From contig DAIDAP010000037.1 of the NCBI GenBank assembly GCA_027310565.1, positions 256,163-320,162 of the forward strand: DNA of 64,000 nucleotides. The letters are read 5' to 3'. A program made the position numbers and the translations under genes. A model generated the notes under the pieces. It was not told where the DNA came from. It saw only the letters and a program-made list of their open reading frames with translations, and searched no databases. Origin of the DNA: Chloroflexota bacterium. Its GTDB lineage: Bacteria > Chloroflexota > Limnocylindria > P2-11E. Positions 35,779 to 46,350 of this stretch are shown here, piece after piece (within the stretch, counting starts at the first letter, position 1; every line of letters begins with the position of its first letter).

Positions 35779-36441
35779 ATGATCCTGGTCTTCGATCGTG
35801 AGGGCTCCATCTTCCAGCAGCTGCGCGACCTCGACCTGAATCTCCCGCTCTGGCGCGTGAGCGATCCCTCGCGCCTGGACCGCACCAACGACATCGACCT
35901 CGCGATCGTGGCCACGCGGGACCAGCTGCCCTGGGACCTGATGACGAACGCGGACCGGCCCTTCGACACCGTCGTGCTCACGGACCGGTACGACGCCGAC
36001 GAGGCTCTCGAGGCCGCGCTCCACGGGGTCGTCGGCTACCTCGACGCGAGGGCGCCGGCGCCGCTCCTCCGGCGCTCGATCCAGGCGATCCTGCGCGGCG
36101 AGCCCGGATTCACCCGCGCGACGCTCGGTCAATGGGTCCGGCGCCAGCGCTCCTGCTCTCGCGCGCGCCTCAGCTACCGCGGTCTCACCGAGCGCCAGCG
36201 CGAGGTCCTCCGCCTCGTCGCGGATGGTCTCGCCGACAAGGAGATCGCGCAGCGGCTGGGCATCGCGACCGCGACCGCGCAGAAGCACGTGACCAACATC
36301 CTCGAGCGCCTCGGTGTCTCGAATCGCGCGGCCGCGGCGGCGGCGATCTGCTGGCAGGGGCTGGAGGCGCTGTGCTCCACCTGCGAGCGGCCCGCGAGCG
36401 CGTCGGATGCGCGGCCTCGTCTCATGCCCAGCATCGCGTAG
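35779..36441 (+). CDS. LuxR-family response regulator (degenerate receiver plus LuxR HTH)
   Basis: C-terminal LTERQREVLRLVADGLADKEIAQRLGIATATAQKHVTNILERLGV; N-terminal receiver-like domain (MILVFD...). Confidence 0.75.
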   Translation: MILVFDREGSIFQQLRDLDLNLPLWRVSDPSRLDRTNDIDLAIVATRDQLPWDLMTNADRPFDTVVLTDRYDADEALEAALHGVVGYLDARAPAPLLRRSIQAILRGEPGFTRATLGQWVRRQRSCSRARLSYRGLTERQREVLRLVADGLADKEIAQRLGIATATAQKHVTNILERLGVSNRAAAAAAICWQGLEALCSTCERPASASDARPRLMPSIA

Positions 36442-36492
36442 CGGCCAGATTTCGGTATTTACCCCGACACGCGCGATGACGACGCTCATCGC

Positions 36493-37131
36493 ATGTATCG
36501 CGCGCTCGTCGCGTGCCTCGCCGTCGCGGCGGGTCTCGCGCTGAGCATCCAGTCGAGCCCCGGCGCGCCGGCGGCCGTGCCGCCGGTGCCGATCGTGTCA
36601 CCCATGCCGACGATCGCGTCACCGACGCCGCAGGCGATGGCCACGACACCGTTCGGCGCCGCATCGGCGCCTGCGACCCCGTCGGCGACGCCGGAGCCGC
36701 GGAGCATCGAGGGCGTCCACATCGTCATCGAGCGTCTCGCGATCGATCTCCCGCTCGTGTGGGGCGACGTCCAGCGCGATGTACCCCGCGAGGGCTATCC
36801 GGGAGCGACCCCCGAGCGGGTCGCGCTCGTCTTCCCGGGCAGCGCGCTGCCGGGGACCGGCGGGAACACGTACGTCTACTCCCATGCCCGCACCGGCATG
36901 TTCCTGTCGCTGTGGCAGGCGAGGTTCGGCGATCAGGTCGTGCTCCGCTGGCCGGACGGATGGCAGCTGGGCTACGTCGTGACCGAGATCGTCCCCCGCG
37001 TGGATCCGAGCGACACGCGCTGGCTTGACGCGGCAGGCCCGGAGCGCCTCACGCTCCAGACGTCGACCGGTCCCTACCCATGGAATCCGCGCTTCATCGT
37101 GGTCGCCGTCCCACTCGGGAGATCGTCGTGA
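36493..37131 (+). CDS. Sortase-fold protein with Ser replacing the catalytic Cys (TLQTS instead of TLxTC); signal/TM anchor plus Pro/Ala linker
   Basis: Matches the sortase pattern motif by motif: PGTGGNTYVYSHAR (GN..GHR His motif), FGDQVVL, YVVTEI, LTLQTSTGP (Cys-to-Ser position), NPRFIVVA (Arg motif). Paralogue at 46351..47136. Confidence 0.6.
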   Translation: MYRALVACLAVAAGLALSIQSSPGAPAAVPPVPIVSPMPTIASPTPQAMATTPFGAASAPATPSATPEPRSIEGVHIVIERLAIDLPLVWGDVQRDVPREGYPGATPERVALVFPGSALPGTGGNTYVYSHARTGMFLSLWQARFGDQVVLRWPDGWQLGYVVTEIVPRVDPSDTRWLDAAGPERLTLQTSTGPYPWNPRFIVVAVPLGRSS

Positions 37132-37556
37132 CACGACGCCGTATCCGCGTCTGCGTCGTCGACGCGGGTCCGGGTGTCGCCGCCTACCCGCGTCTCGACG
37201 AGTGCGACCTCGAAGTCGTCGGCGCGCTCCCGGGGATCGCGGACGCGCTCCGCGCGCCGATCAGCGACCTCGATCTCGTCATCGTCGGCGCGTTTCCGAG
37301 GGACCTGCGGGACGCCCGCTTCCAGTCGCGGATCACCCGCCTCGCCCGGCGGCTGCCGACGGCGCTCGTCGTGCCGAAAGTCACGCGGCGCGCCGCCATC
37401 GTCGCGGCGAATGCGCGCGTGAGCGCGCTCGTGGTCCGCGACGCGCCGCCGACGACGTTCGTGCACGCGATGCGGGCGGCATTTCGCGGCGAGGTCGCCT
37501 ACCCGCACGAGGCCGTCACGCGCCTCCTCCGGCTCGTCCCAACGCAACCCGTCTGA
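37128..37556 (+). CDS. Hypothetical receiver-like (CheY-fold?) protein
   Basis: VTRRRIRVCVVDAGPG...DLVIVGAF resembles a degenerate REC domain. The GTGA overlap with the upstream gene supports translation. Confidence 0.35.
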   Translation: MTRRRIRVCVVDAGPGVAAYPRLDECDLEVVGALPGIADALRAPISDLDLVIVGAFPRDLRDARFQSRITRLARRLPTALVVPKVTRRAAIVAANARVSALVVRDAPPTTFVHAMRAAFRGEVAYPHEAVTRLLRLVPTQPV

Positions 37557-37640
37557 CCCCCGGTGACTTACCGACTTCACGGAGGGTGGCGGCATTCTTC
37601 GGTATGGCCGTCACCGCCGGCGCTCCATACCGTCGGATGC

Positions 37641-38033
37641 GTGAGCGAACGAGGTCAGAGTCTCGTCGAGGTCGCGATCGCCCTGCCCTTCCTGCTCATC
37701 GTGCTGGTCGGGCTCGTCGATCTCGGGCGCGTCTTCCACTACACGATCGCGGTGGAGACGGGCGTGCGCGAGGGCGCCGCGTACGCGGCGCGGCTGGTGG
37801 CACCCGACGACGACGCGATCCGCCAGCGCATCTGCGAGGCGAGCGGCATCGCCACCGAGGGCGGCCCGTGCGACGGGCTCACCCTCACGGAGGCGCGCGT
37901 CGGCGGCGAGGGCGGGGGCTTCGTCGACGTCATGTACGACCTCGACCTGCTCTTCGGCCACATCCTCCGCTTCGCCGACCCCGGCCCCGTGCACCTGCGC
38001 GCGACCGCGACCTTCCCGAGTCTCGTGAGATGA
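37641..38033 (+). CDS. tadE: TadE-like pseudopilin
   Basis: GQSLVEVAIALPFLLIVLVGLVDLGRVFHYTIAVE (TadE N-terminal motif). GTG 37641. Confidence 0.75.
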   Translation: MSERGQSLVEVAIALPFLLIVLVGLVDLGRVFHYTIAVETGVREGAAYAARLVAPDDDAIRQRICEASGIATEGGPCDGLTLTEARVGGEGGGFVDVMYDLDLLFGHILRFADPGPVHLRATATFPSLVR

Positions 38034-38503
38034 GACGTCCCGTGTCGACCCGCGCGAATGGTTTCGCGAAGGACGTGCGCGGCGTGGCGATCGTCGAGTT
38101 CGCGATCGTCATGCCGATCCTCCTTCTCCTGCTCGTCGGCATTTTCGAGCTGGGACGCGCGTACAACGCGTACGCCACCGTGCGCAGCGCGAGCGCCGAG
38201 GGCGCCCATTGGGCCGCGCTGCACCCCGGCGCGGCGATGTCGGAGATCGAGGCCGCCGTTCTGCGGCGCGTGGTCCCGCTCGACACGCGGCGCGTGTCGG
38301 TCGAGGCCTGGTACGACGACGGCACCGCGTACGTCCGGTGGGATGAGGGCGGCATCCCGGCCTCCGGCCCCAGCAAGCGCATCGTGCCGATCCGTGTCCA
38401 GGTCAGCTATCCCTGGTCCGCCGTGACCTTCCTCTTCAGCAGCGTCCTGCCAGAGCGTTCCGCGACCTTCACCGCGACAACGACCGCCGACGCGATGCGA
38501 TGA
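38030..38503 (+). CDS. TadE-like pseudopilin (second copy)
   Basis: RGVAIVEFAIVMPILLLLLVGIFELGRAYNAYATV. ATGA overlap with the preceding tadE. Confidence 0.75.
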   Translation: MRRPVSTRANGFAKDVRGVAIVEFAIVMPILLLLLVGIFELGRAYNAYATVRSASAEGAHWAALHPGAAMSEIEAAVLRRVVPLDTRRVSVEAWYDDGTAYVRWDEGGIPASGPSKRIVPIRVQVSYPWSAVTFLFSSVLPERSATFTATTTADAMR

Positions 38504-38527
38504 CGGCGGCGAGAAAAGGAGCCTGAC

Positions 38528-39250
38528 GTGCGCGCCTCGAGATCCTGGATCTTCCTCGTCATCGGTGTCGTCCTCGCCGTCGCGACCGGCATCGTCCTCT
38601 ACCAGATCGCGGCGTCGCCGCCCACCGCCCAGGCGACGGTGAACGGGGCGACGGTCAGCATCGTCGTCGCGACGGCGGATATCGCCCCGCGGACCGTGAT
38701 CGCCGCGGACGTGGTGACCATGAAGGCCTACCCGACCGACCTCGTGCCGCCGGGCGCGCTCACCGGCCAGACCGACGCGGTGGGCGCCACCACGAGCATC
38801 CGCATCTCGAAAGGCCAGCCGGTCCTGCGCGACGCGCTCTCGGCGGCGAGCCCGAGCGCGGTGAGCAGCAGCGTGATCCCAGCCGGCAAGGTCATGGTCG
38901 CGTTCCCGACGAACGATCCGCTCACCACCGCCGGCCTCGTGAGCGTCGGCGACCGCGTCGACCTGCTCGCCACCGTCGTCGTCGGCACGGGCGAGGGCAC
39001 GCGGACGACACAGACCACGCTCCAGAACCTCGATGTCGCGGAGGTCATCCTGCCCACGAAGGAACAGCCGCAGCGGGTCCGCTCGCTCGTCTTCGTCGTG
39101 GACCACCAGGTCGCCCTCGTCCTCAAGTACCTGCGCGACGCCGAGACCACCGTCGACCTCACGATCCGATCCCGCGCCGAGACGGCGCTCGTGAAGACGA
39201 CGAAGGTCGATCTCGAGTACCTCGTCAACACGTACGAGATGAAGAAGTGA
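38528..39250 (+). CDS. cpaB: Flp pilus assembly protein CpaB (RcpC-like)
   Basis: N-terminal TM, SAF-like domain (GATVSIVVATADIAPRTVIAADVV) and C-terminal domain typical of CpaB. Confidence 0.75.
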   Translation: MRASRSWIFLVIGVVLAVATGIVLYQIAASPPTAQATVNGATVSIVVATADIAPRTVIAADVVTMKAYPTDLVPPGALTGQTDAVGATTSIRISKGQPVLRDALSAASPSAVSSSVIPAGKVMVAFPTNDPLTTAGLVSVGDRVDLLATVVVGTGEGTRTTQTTLQNLDVAEVILPTKEQPQRVRSLVFVVDHQVALVLKYLRDAETTVDLTIRSRAETALVKTTKVDLEYLVNTYEMKK

Positions 39251-40410
39251 CACGCGAGCGTCTGGTCCACCTCATCGACACGGACACCGGGCTCGCGGTG
39301 CAGCTGCGGGACCCGCTCGCGACGGCGCGGCTGCCCCTCGCGGGCACCCACGCCAACGTCGAGGCGCTCCTCGCGTCGGAGCGGGCCGTGCCGGACGTGG
39401 TGGTCCTCGACTGCGCGGCCACGGGCGGTGAGCCCGCTTCCGCGGTCCGCGCCGTCCTGTCACGGTGGCCGGACATCTGTGTCGTGGTCACCGGCGGCAC
39501 GCCCTCGATGCTGTCGCACGCGGTCACCGCCGGCGCGCGCGGCTTCCTCCTCAAGCCGTACGCGCCCGACGAGCTCGTCGACGTGATCAGCGAGGCGACG
39601 GCCGGGGCCCGAGCGGTACCCCACGTCGAACGGACCGACGGGAAGATCGTCGCGATGTACGGACCGAAGGGCGGATCCGGCTCCTCGACCGTCGCCGTCA
39701 GCCTCGCCGCGCTGCTCGCCGGGCGGCCCGGCCTGTCCGTCGGGCTCGTCGACCTGGATCTGCAGTTCGGCGACGTCGGCGTGCTCCTCGACGTGCGGAC
39801 GCCGAACAGCATCCGGGACCTCGTCCAGCACGAGATCGATGGCGCCCTGGTGGACGACACGTTCGTGCGCCACGGCTGCGGAGCGCGCGTCCTGCCGGCG
39901 CCCGACACGCTCCTCACGAACGGCGCGATCGAGGCCGCCGGCATCGAGCACGCGCTCGAAGGTCTGCGCCCGCACTTCGACGTGATCATCTGCGACCTTG
40001 CGCAGGCGGTCGACGACCTCACGACGCGCGTCCTGCGCCTCGCGGACCTCGTCGTGCTCGTCACGAAGCCGGAGCTCACCGCCCTCAAGAGCCTGAGCCG
40101 TCTCCTCAAAGCGAAGGAGCTCTCGCTCCGGCTCGACGACCACGTCCTCGTCGCGGTGAATCGCCTCCCCTCCCGCGGCGCGCTGAGGCCGAGCGAGGTG
40201 GAGCGCTCCATCGGCCGACCGATCACCGTCGGGATCCCGAGCGATGGCGCGGCCATCGTCGACGCCGCGAACCGCGGCGTCCCCGTGGCCGATCCGCGCG
40301 TCCACTCACGCGCGCACAAGGCGTTCGTCGACCTCGCCTCCGCGGTCGCGCGCGAGCTCGAGCTCGAGCCACCGCAGGCCGGAGGCCCGCGACTGGTGGA
40401 GGTGGCCTAG
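39247..40410 (+). CDS. cpaE: Pilus assembly protein CpaE/TadZ (N-terminal receiver-like domain plus ParA/MinD-type ATPase)
   Basis: Deviant Walker A YGPKGGSGSSTVAVSLA. REC-like N-domain. Confidence 0.8.
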   Translation: MTRERLVHLIDTDTGLAVQLRDPLATARLPLAGTHANVEALLASERAVPDVVVLDCAATGGEPASAVRAVLSRWPDICVVVTGGTPSMLSHAVTAGARGFLLKPYAPDELVDVISEATAGARAVPHVERTDGKIVAMYGPKGGSGSSTVAVSLAALLAGRPGLSVGLVDLDLQFGDVGVLLDVRTPNSIRDLVQHEIDGALVDDTFVRHGCGARVLPAPDTLLTNGAIEAAGIEHALEGLRPHFDVIICDLAQAVDDLTTRVLRLADLVVLVTKPELTALKSLSRLLKAKELSLRLDDHVLVAVNRLPSRGALRPSEVERSIGRPITVGIPSDGAAIVDAANRGVPVADPRVHSRAHKAFVDLASAVARELELEPPQAGGPRLVEVA

Positions 40411-41747
<1,337 letters not shown>

Positions 41748-41751
<4 letters not shown>

Positions 41752-42695
41752 CGCAGGCCGAGATGCTGGCCGTCCTGGGGGCGGCCACCGTCCTCGCGTT
41801 CGTGATCGCGATCTGGGTCCCGACGTTCGCGCGCGCGCGCTCGATGCAGCGACGCCTCGCCGGGTTCGTCGAGAACGGCGAGGTCGCCGTCGACCTCGGC
41901 GGGCAGCGCCGCGAACGTGGCGTCTTCGTCGCCGAGCGTGGCCGCGGCGGCGCGTTCGGGTGGCTGCGCGACCTCATCGGACAGGCCGACGCGGATCTGA
42001 CGCTCGCCGACGTTCTCGTCGCGACCATGGTGCTCGGCGTCTCGGCGGCCGCGGCGGTGGCGATCGTCTGGCTCAACCCGATCGTCGCGGTCGGTGCGGG
42101 GATCGTCGCGGCGGCCGCGCCGCTGCTGTGGCTACGCTGGCGCGCCGGACAGCGCCGTGCGCGGTTCGTGTCGCAGCTGCCCGAGACGATCGAGCTCCTG
42201 GCGACGATGGTCCGCTCGGGCAACACCTTCCTCCAGGCGATGGAGCACGTGGCGTCCGAGTCGCAGGACCCGATGCGCTCCGCGCTGCACGTCGTCGTGC
42301 GCGAGATCGGGCTCGGCGCGTCGCAGGAGGAGGCCCTCGAGCGGCTCCTCGAGCGCTTCCCGTCGGACGACCTCGCGCTCGTCGTCGCGTCGGTGAACGT
42401 CCACCAGCAGACCGGCGGCTCGCTCGCCACCGTCCTCGACCGGATCTCGGAGACCCTGCGCGAACGCATCCGGCTCCAGGGTGACATCCGCGCGTTTACG
42501 GCGATGCAGCGCTACAGCGCCTACGTGCTCGCGGCGCTGCCCGTCGCGGTGGCGGGGATCCTCATGCTCGTCAGCCCTGAGTACATCACCCTGCTCGTCG
42601 CGCCCGGCGCGCTGCGCGTCTTCGCGGCGATCGCCGGGATCGAGATCGTCCTCGGATTCCTGGTGCTTCGGCGGATGGCGGAGATCGATGTTTGA
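41748..42695 (+). CDS. tadB: Tad inner-membrane platform protein TadB
   Basis: T2SSF-like domain. ATGA overlap with cpaF; RBS GGGAGG. Confidence 0.8.
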
Positions 42696-43641
42696 GACGT
42701 TCGGGCTGCAGCTCGCTTCCGAGACCCAGGCCGCGATAGGCGTCGCGCTGCTCGGCGCGCTCGCGATGCTCGCGCTCGCGCTGTGGTGGGCGTTCCGCGG
42801 CGGCGAACGCGAGGCGCGCGCACGCGAGCGCCGACTCGCGATCGTCGTCGGCGAAGCGGAGCAGACCACGGCGGGCGGCGCTCCGACGGCGAAGGGCATC
42901 CCGGCGCTGCAGCGGCTCGCGTCGCTGGTCGGCGCGCTCATGCCCGCCGCGATCGCCGCGCGCACGACCGAGCGCCTCGCGCGGGCGGGCCGTCCCTTCG
43001 GCCTCGAGGCCGCGGACTACCTCGCGCTGCGCGCGCTCAGCACGGTGATCTTCGCCGTCCTCGCCGGTGGCGTCGCCTGGGCCGCCGGGCTCGAACCCGC
43101 GGCGATCGGCCTCGTCGCCCTCGCCGGCGCGCTCCTGGGCTACGCGGTCCCCGGCATCCTGCTCGACCGCGCGATCCGCGGACGCAAGCGCAACATCGTC
43201 CGCGCGATGCCCGCGGCGCTGGACATGCTCGCCCTCTCGACCGCCGCCGGGCTCACGCTCGATGGCGCCATGGCGCAGGTCATCCAGCGGTGGGACACGC
43301 CGCTCGCCGGGGAGCTGCGCCGCTACCTCGCCGAGGTGCAGATGGGGCGCGACCGGCGCGCGTCGCTGCGCGCGATGTCGCGCCGGGTCGGCGTCCAGGA
43401 GGTCACGCGGCTCAATGCGGCGATCATCCAGGCCGACTCGCTCGGACTGCCGATCGCGCAGGTCCTCCGCGAGCAGGCGAACGAGATGCGGCGCATCCGC
43501 CGCCAGCGCGCCGAGGAGGCCGCACGGTCAGCGCCGGTGAAGATGGTGTTCCCGCTCGTGCTGCTCATCTTCCCGGCGCTGTTCGTCGTCGTGCTCGGGC
43601 CAGCGATCCCGCGGATCATGGATCTCTTCACCTCCTACTGA
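42688..43641 (+). CDS. tadC: Tad inner-membrane platform protein TadC
   Basis: T2SSF-like domain, paralogous to tadB. 8-nt overlap with tadB. Confidence 0.8.
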   Translation: MFETFGLQLASETQAAIGVALLGALAMLALALWWAFRGGEREARARERRLAIVVGEAEQTTAGGAPTAKGIPALQRLASLVGALMPAAIAARTTERLARAGRPFGLEAADYLALRALSTVIFAVLAGGVAWAAGLEPAAIGLVALAGALLGYAVPGILLDRAIRGRKRNIVRAMPAALDMLALSTAAGLTLDGAMAQVIQRWDTPLAGELRRYLAEVQMGRDRRASLRAMSRRVGVQEVTRLNAAIIQADSLGLPIAQVLREQANEMRRIRRQRAEEAARSAPVKMVFPLVLLIFPALFVVVLGPAIPRIMDLFTSY

Positions 43642-43794
43642 AGCGACGTACCGAATTCCGCGTACGTCCGCGCCGCCTACCGACTCTCACGAATGGGCGG
43701 CGCATGCGTGCGTGCCTAGCGTCCGAAGGGAATGACGAGAACGCAGGAACGCATCGACACGTGGTCCGCGCCTGCGCGGACAGGGAGAATCCAC

Positions 43795-46290
43795 ATGCGC
43801 AAGGGCCCGCCGCCCCTCCTCATCCTCATGCTCTCGCTGATCCTGGCGATCAGCAGCGCCGCAGCCTCCTTCGCGGTCGCCGCTCCGGACGGAGCGGGTG
43901 TGAACCTCGACCAGTGGGCCAACACAGACGGGGCGTGGCAGAACGGGGACCTGAACAAGAACAACTCGGTCTACGCCGAAGGTGAGGTCGTCCCGTTCCG
44001 CCTCGCGATCGAAGGCCTCACGCCCGGCGTACACACCATCCACCTCAACTGGGACGTGACCGCGAGCGGGCACGCCGCGTACGACTTCCTCGCGAGCTAC
44101 GACGCGACCGAGTCACCGGACCTCTGCGCGGCCGGCGGAGGCGGCGTGTCGTCGCTCTGCCCATCGCTTCCGACCGCATTCCCGCTCGCGATGTTCACCG
44201 ACACGTTCTCCATCGACGGAAAGCCGATCGCGGGCGCGTACGGCTCGACGCCGCGCGTCATGACGCTCTACGGCGTGAGCGCGGCGTCCTTCGGGCCGCC
44301 GACCTACACGGACGGCGCGCACTCCTCCGGTGACGTCGAGCTGACGTTCACCGCGAGCGGGACCGCTGTCCTCCTCGCCTGGGGCGGCCACATCGCCGCG
44401 ACGTCGTACTGGGGCCCCGACGTACCGCAGGGCGCGGGCATGGTCTCGGGCGCTCCGTGGCACATGCGCACGCAGTCGCTGGACGGCGGCGGCCAGAGCA
44501 ATCAGGACCGCAGCATCCAGACGAGCGCGCTGCCCGACCCGGTCATCCGGATCGTGAAGTACCAGGACACGAACGGTGACGGCGACCGCGACGCCGGCGA
44601 GCCCGGCCTCGCGGGATGGAGCTTCACGATCTACGACTCCGCGCAGCACGATGAAGGCACATACAGCACCGGCACGGACGGCACGGACGGCACGGTGACC
44701 GTCACCATGCGTGACGCCGACACCTACACCGTCGTGGAGGACCTCCAGACCGGGTGGACGAACACGGATCCGGGCACCGGCTCGGAGACGGCCGTCGCGC
44801 CGCGCGGCACGACGACGGAGCTCGTCTTCGGCAACAGGTTCACCGAGGTGCCCGAGAACGGCACCGTCCAGGTCTACAAGTACAACGACGAGAACGGCGA
44901 CGGCGATGACGAGGACGGGGCGGACCCGGCCATCGCGGGCTGGGACTTCACGGTCCAGGCCGTCGTCGAGGGCACGCCCACCGGACCGACCTACGATCTC
45001 ATCACGGGGTCCGATGGCTACACCGACGTGCTCGAGCTCGCACCGGGCACGTACGGTGTCTGCGAAACGCTCGGCGAAGGCTGGACGAATACCTACCCGG
45101 GCTCGCAGGACGCCACCGTCTGCTGGGAGACACTCGTCGAGCCGGACCAGGACGCCATCCTCACGTTCGGCAACCACTACACCGCGCCGCCCGAGAACGG
45201 CACCCTCCGCGTCTTCAAGTACGACGACATCGACAACGACGGGTCGCGTGCCGAAGGCGAGCCGGGCCTCTCCGGCTGGCGCTTCACCGTCGAGCCGATG
45301 GTCGAGATCAGCACGCTCGAGAGCCTCATCCTGACGACCGGCTCCAGCCCGCTCGGACGCGGCACGCTGTCGCTGCCCGAAGGCTGGTACGAGGTCTGCG
45401 AGCAGAGCCCGCTCCCGACGGGCTGGAGCAACACCGACCCCGGCGACGGACTGTGCAACAGCGTGTACGTCCCTGAGGGCCAGGACAGCGACGTCCTCTA
45501 CTTCGGCAACCACTACACGCCGACGCCGACTCCGACGCCGCAGGACGGGACGCTCCAGGTCACGAAGTACAACGACACCGACCGCAACGGCACGCGCGGC
45601 ACCTCTGAACCCGGGCTTGCCGGCTGGGCCTTCCGGGTCTACAGCGGCACGACCCTCCTGACGACGCTCACGACCGACGCGAACGGTGTGGCAGCCATCG
45701 GGCTCGTCGCCGGTACCTACACGGTGACCGAGGTCACCCAGACCGGGTGGACGAACACCGAACCCGGTGGAACGACACCGACGAAGACGGCGACCGTGGT
45801 CGCCGGACAGGTCACCGGGGTCATCTTCGGCAACGCCGTGGTGATCATCCCGCCGACGACTCAGACGCAGCTCGTGATCACGAAGTACGCCGACGGCAAC
45901 CGCAACGGCGCGCGCGACACGGGTGAGGGCGTCCTCGCCGGCTTCACCTTCACCATCCGTGACAGCGCGGGCACCGTGGTCCGGACGGTCGTCAGCGGTG
46001 CTGACGGCACGGCGACGGTCACCGGACTCGCGCTCGGCGCGTACAGCATCACCGAGGAGGCGACAACGGGCTGGGTGAACACCGACCCCGGTGCCGCCGC
46101 GGGCGCGCGCAAGTTCGTGACGTTCACGAGCACCGCCACCTCGGCGACGGTCATCTTCGGCAACGCGCAGGTCCAGCTGCCCTCGACGTCGACGTCCGAG
46201 GACGGGATGGTGCTTCTGCTCCTCGCGCTCCTCGCGGGCGTCGGGCTGGCCCTGCCCTTCGCCGCACGGCGGGGGCCGCGCATGGCATAG
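43795..46290 (+). CDS. Large surface adhesin: signal peptide, ~250-aa N-domain, five SdrD-B/CnaB-like repeats, C-terminal sorting-signal-like tail
   Basis: ATG 43795 follows the RBS GGGAGA. Signal MRKGPPPLLILMLSLILAISSAAA. Repeats: VKYQDTNGDGDRDAGEPGLAGWSFTIYDS, VYKYNDENGDGDDEDG...AGWDFTV, VFKYDDIDNDGSRAEGEPGLSGWRFTV, VTKYNDTDRNGTRGTSEPGLAGWAFRV, ITKYADGNRNGARDTGEGVLAGFTFTI. C-terminus: QLPSTSTSEDG-MVLLLLALLAGVGLALPFAA-RRGPRMA. Confidence 0.8.
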   Translation: MRKGPPPLLILMLSLILAISSAAASFAVAAPDGAGVNLDQWANTDGAWQNGDLNKNNSVYAEGEVVPFRLAIEGLTPGVHTIHLNWDVTASGHAAYDFLASYDATESPDLCAAGGGGVSSLCPSLPTAFPLAMFTDTFSIDGKPIAGAYGSTPRVMTLYGVSAASFGPPTYTDGAHSSGDVELTFTASGTAVLLAWGGHIAATSYWGPDVPQGAGMVSGAPWHMRTQSLDGGGQSNQDRSIQTSALPDPVIRIVKYQDTNGDGDRDAGEPGLAGWSFTIYDSAQHDEGTYSTGTDGTDGTVTVTMRDADTYTVVEDLQTGWTNTDPGTGSETAVAPRGTTTELVFGNRFTEVPENGTVQVYKYNDENGDGDDEDGADPAIAGWDFTVQAVVEGTPTGPTYDLITGSDGYTDVLELAPGTYGVCETLGEGWTNTYPGSQDATVCWETLVEPDQDAILTFGNHYTAPPENGTLRVFKYDDIDNDGSRAEGEPGLSGWRFTVEPMVEISTLESLILTTGSSPLGRGTLSLPEGWYEVCEQSPLPTGWSNTDPGDGLCNSVYVPEGQDSDVLYFGNHYTPTPTPTPQDGTLQVTKYNDTDRNGTRGTSEPGLAGWAFRVYSGTTLLTTLTTDANGVAAIGLVAGTYTVTEVTQTGWTNTEPGGTTPTKTATVVAGQVTGVIFGNAVVIIPPTTQTQLVITKYADGNRNGARDTGEGVLAGFTFTIRDSAGTVVRTVVSGADGTATVTGLALGAYSITEEATTGWVNTDPGAAAGARKFVTFTSTATSATVIFGNAQVQLPSTSTSEDGMVLLLLALLAGVGLALPFAARRGPRMA

Positions 46291-46306
46291 CGAACACACT
46301 CCCTCC

Positions 46307-46336
46307 CACCCACGCGTCACGACGCCCCGGCCAGAG
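46307..46336. terminator. Bidirectional hairpin between the convergent adhesin and sortase-like genes
   Basis: GACGCCCCGGCC-agag-GCCGGGGCGTC (11-bp stem). Confidence 0.55.
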
Positions 46337-46350
46337 GCCGGGGCGTCGGC

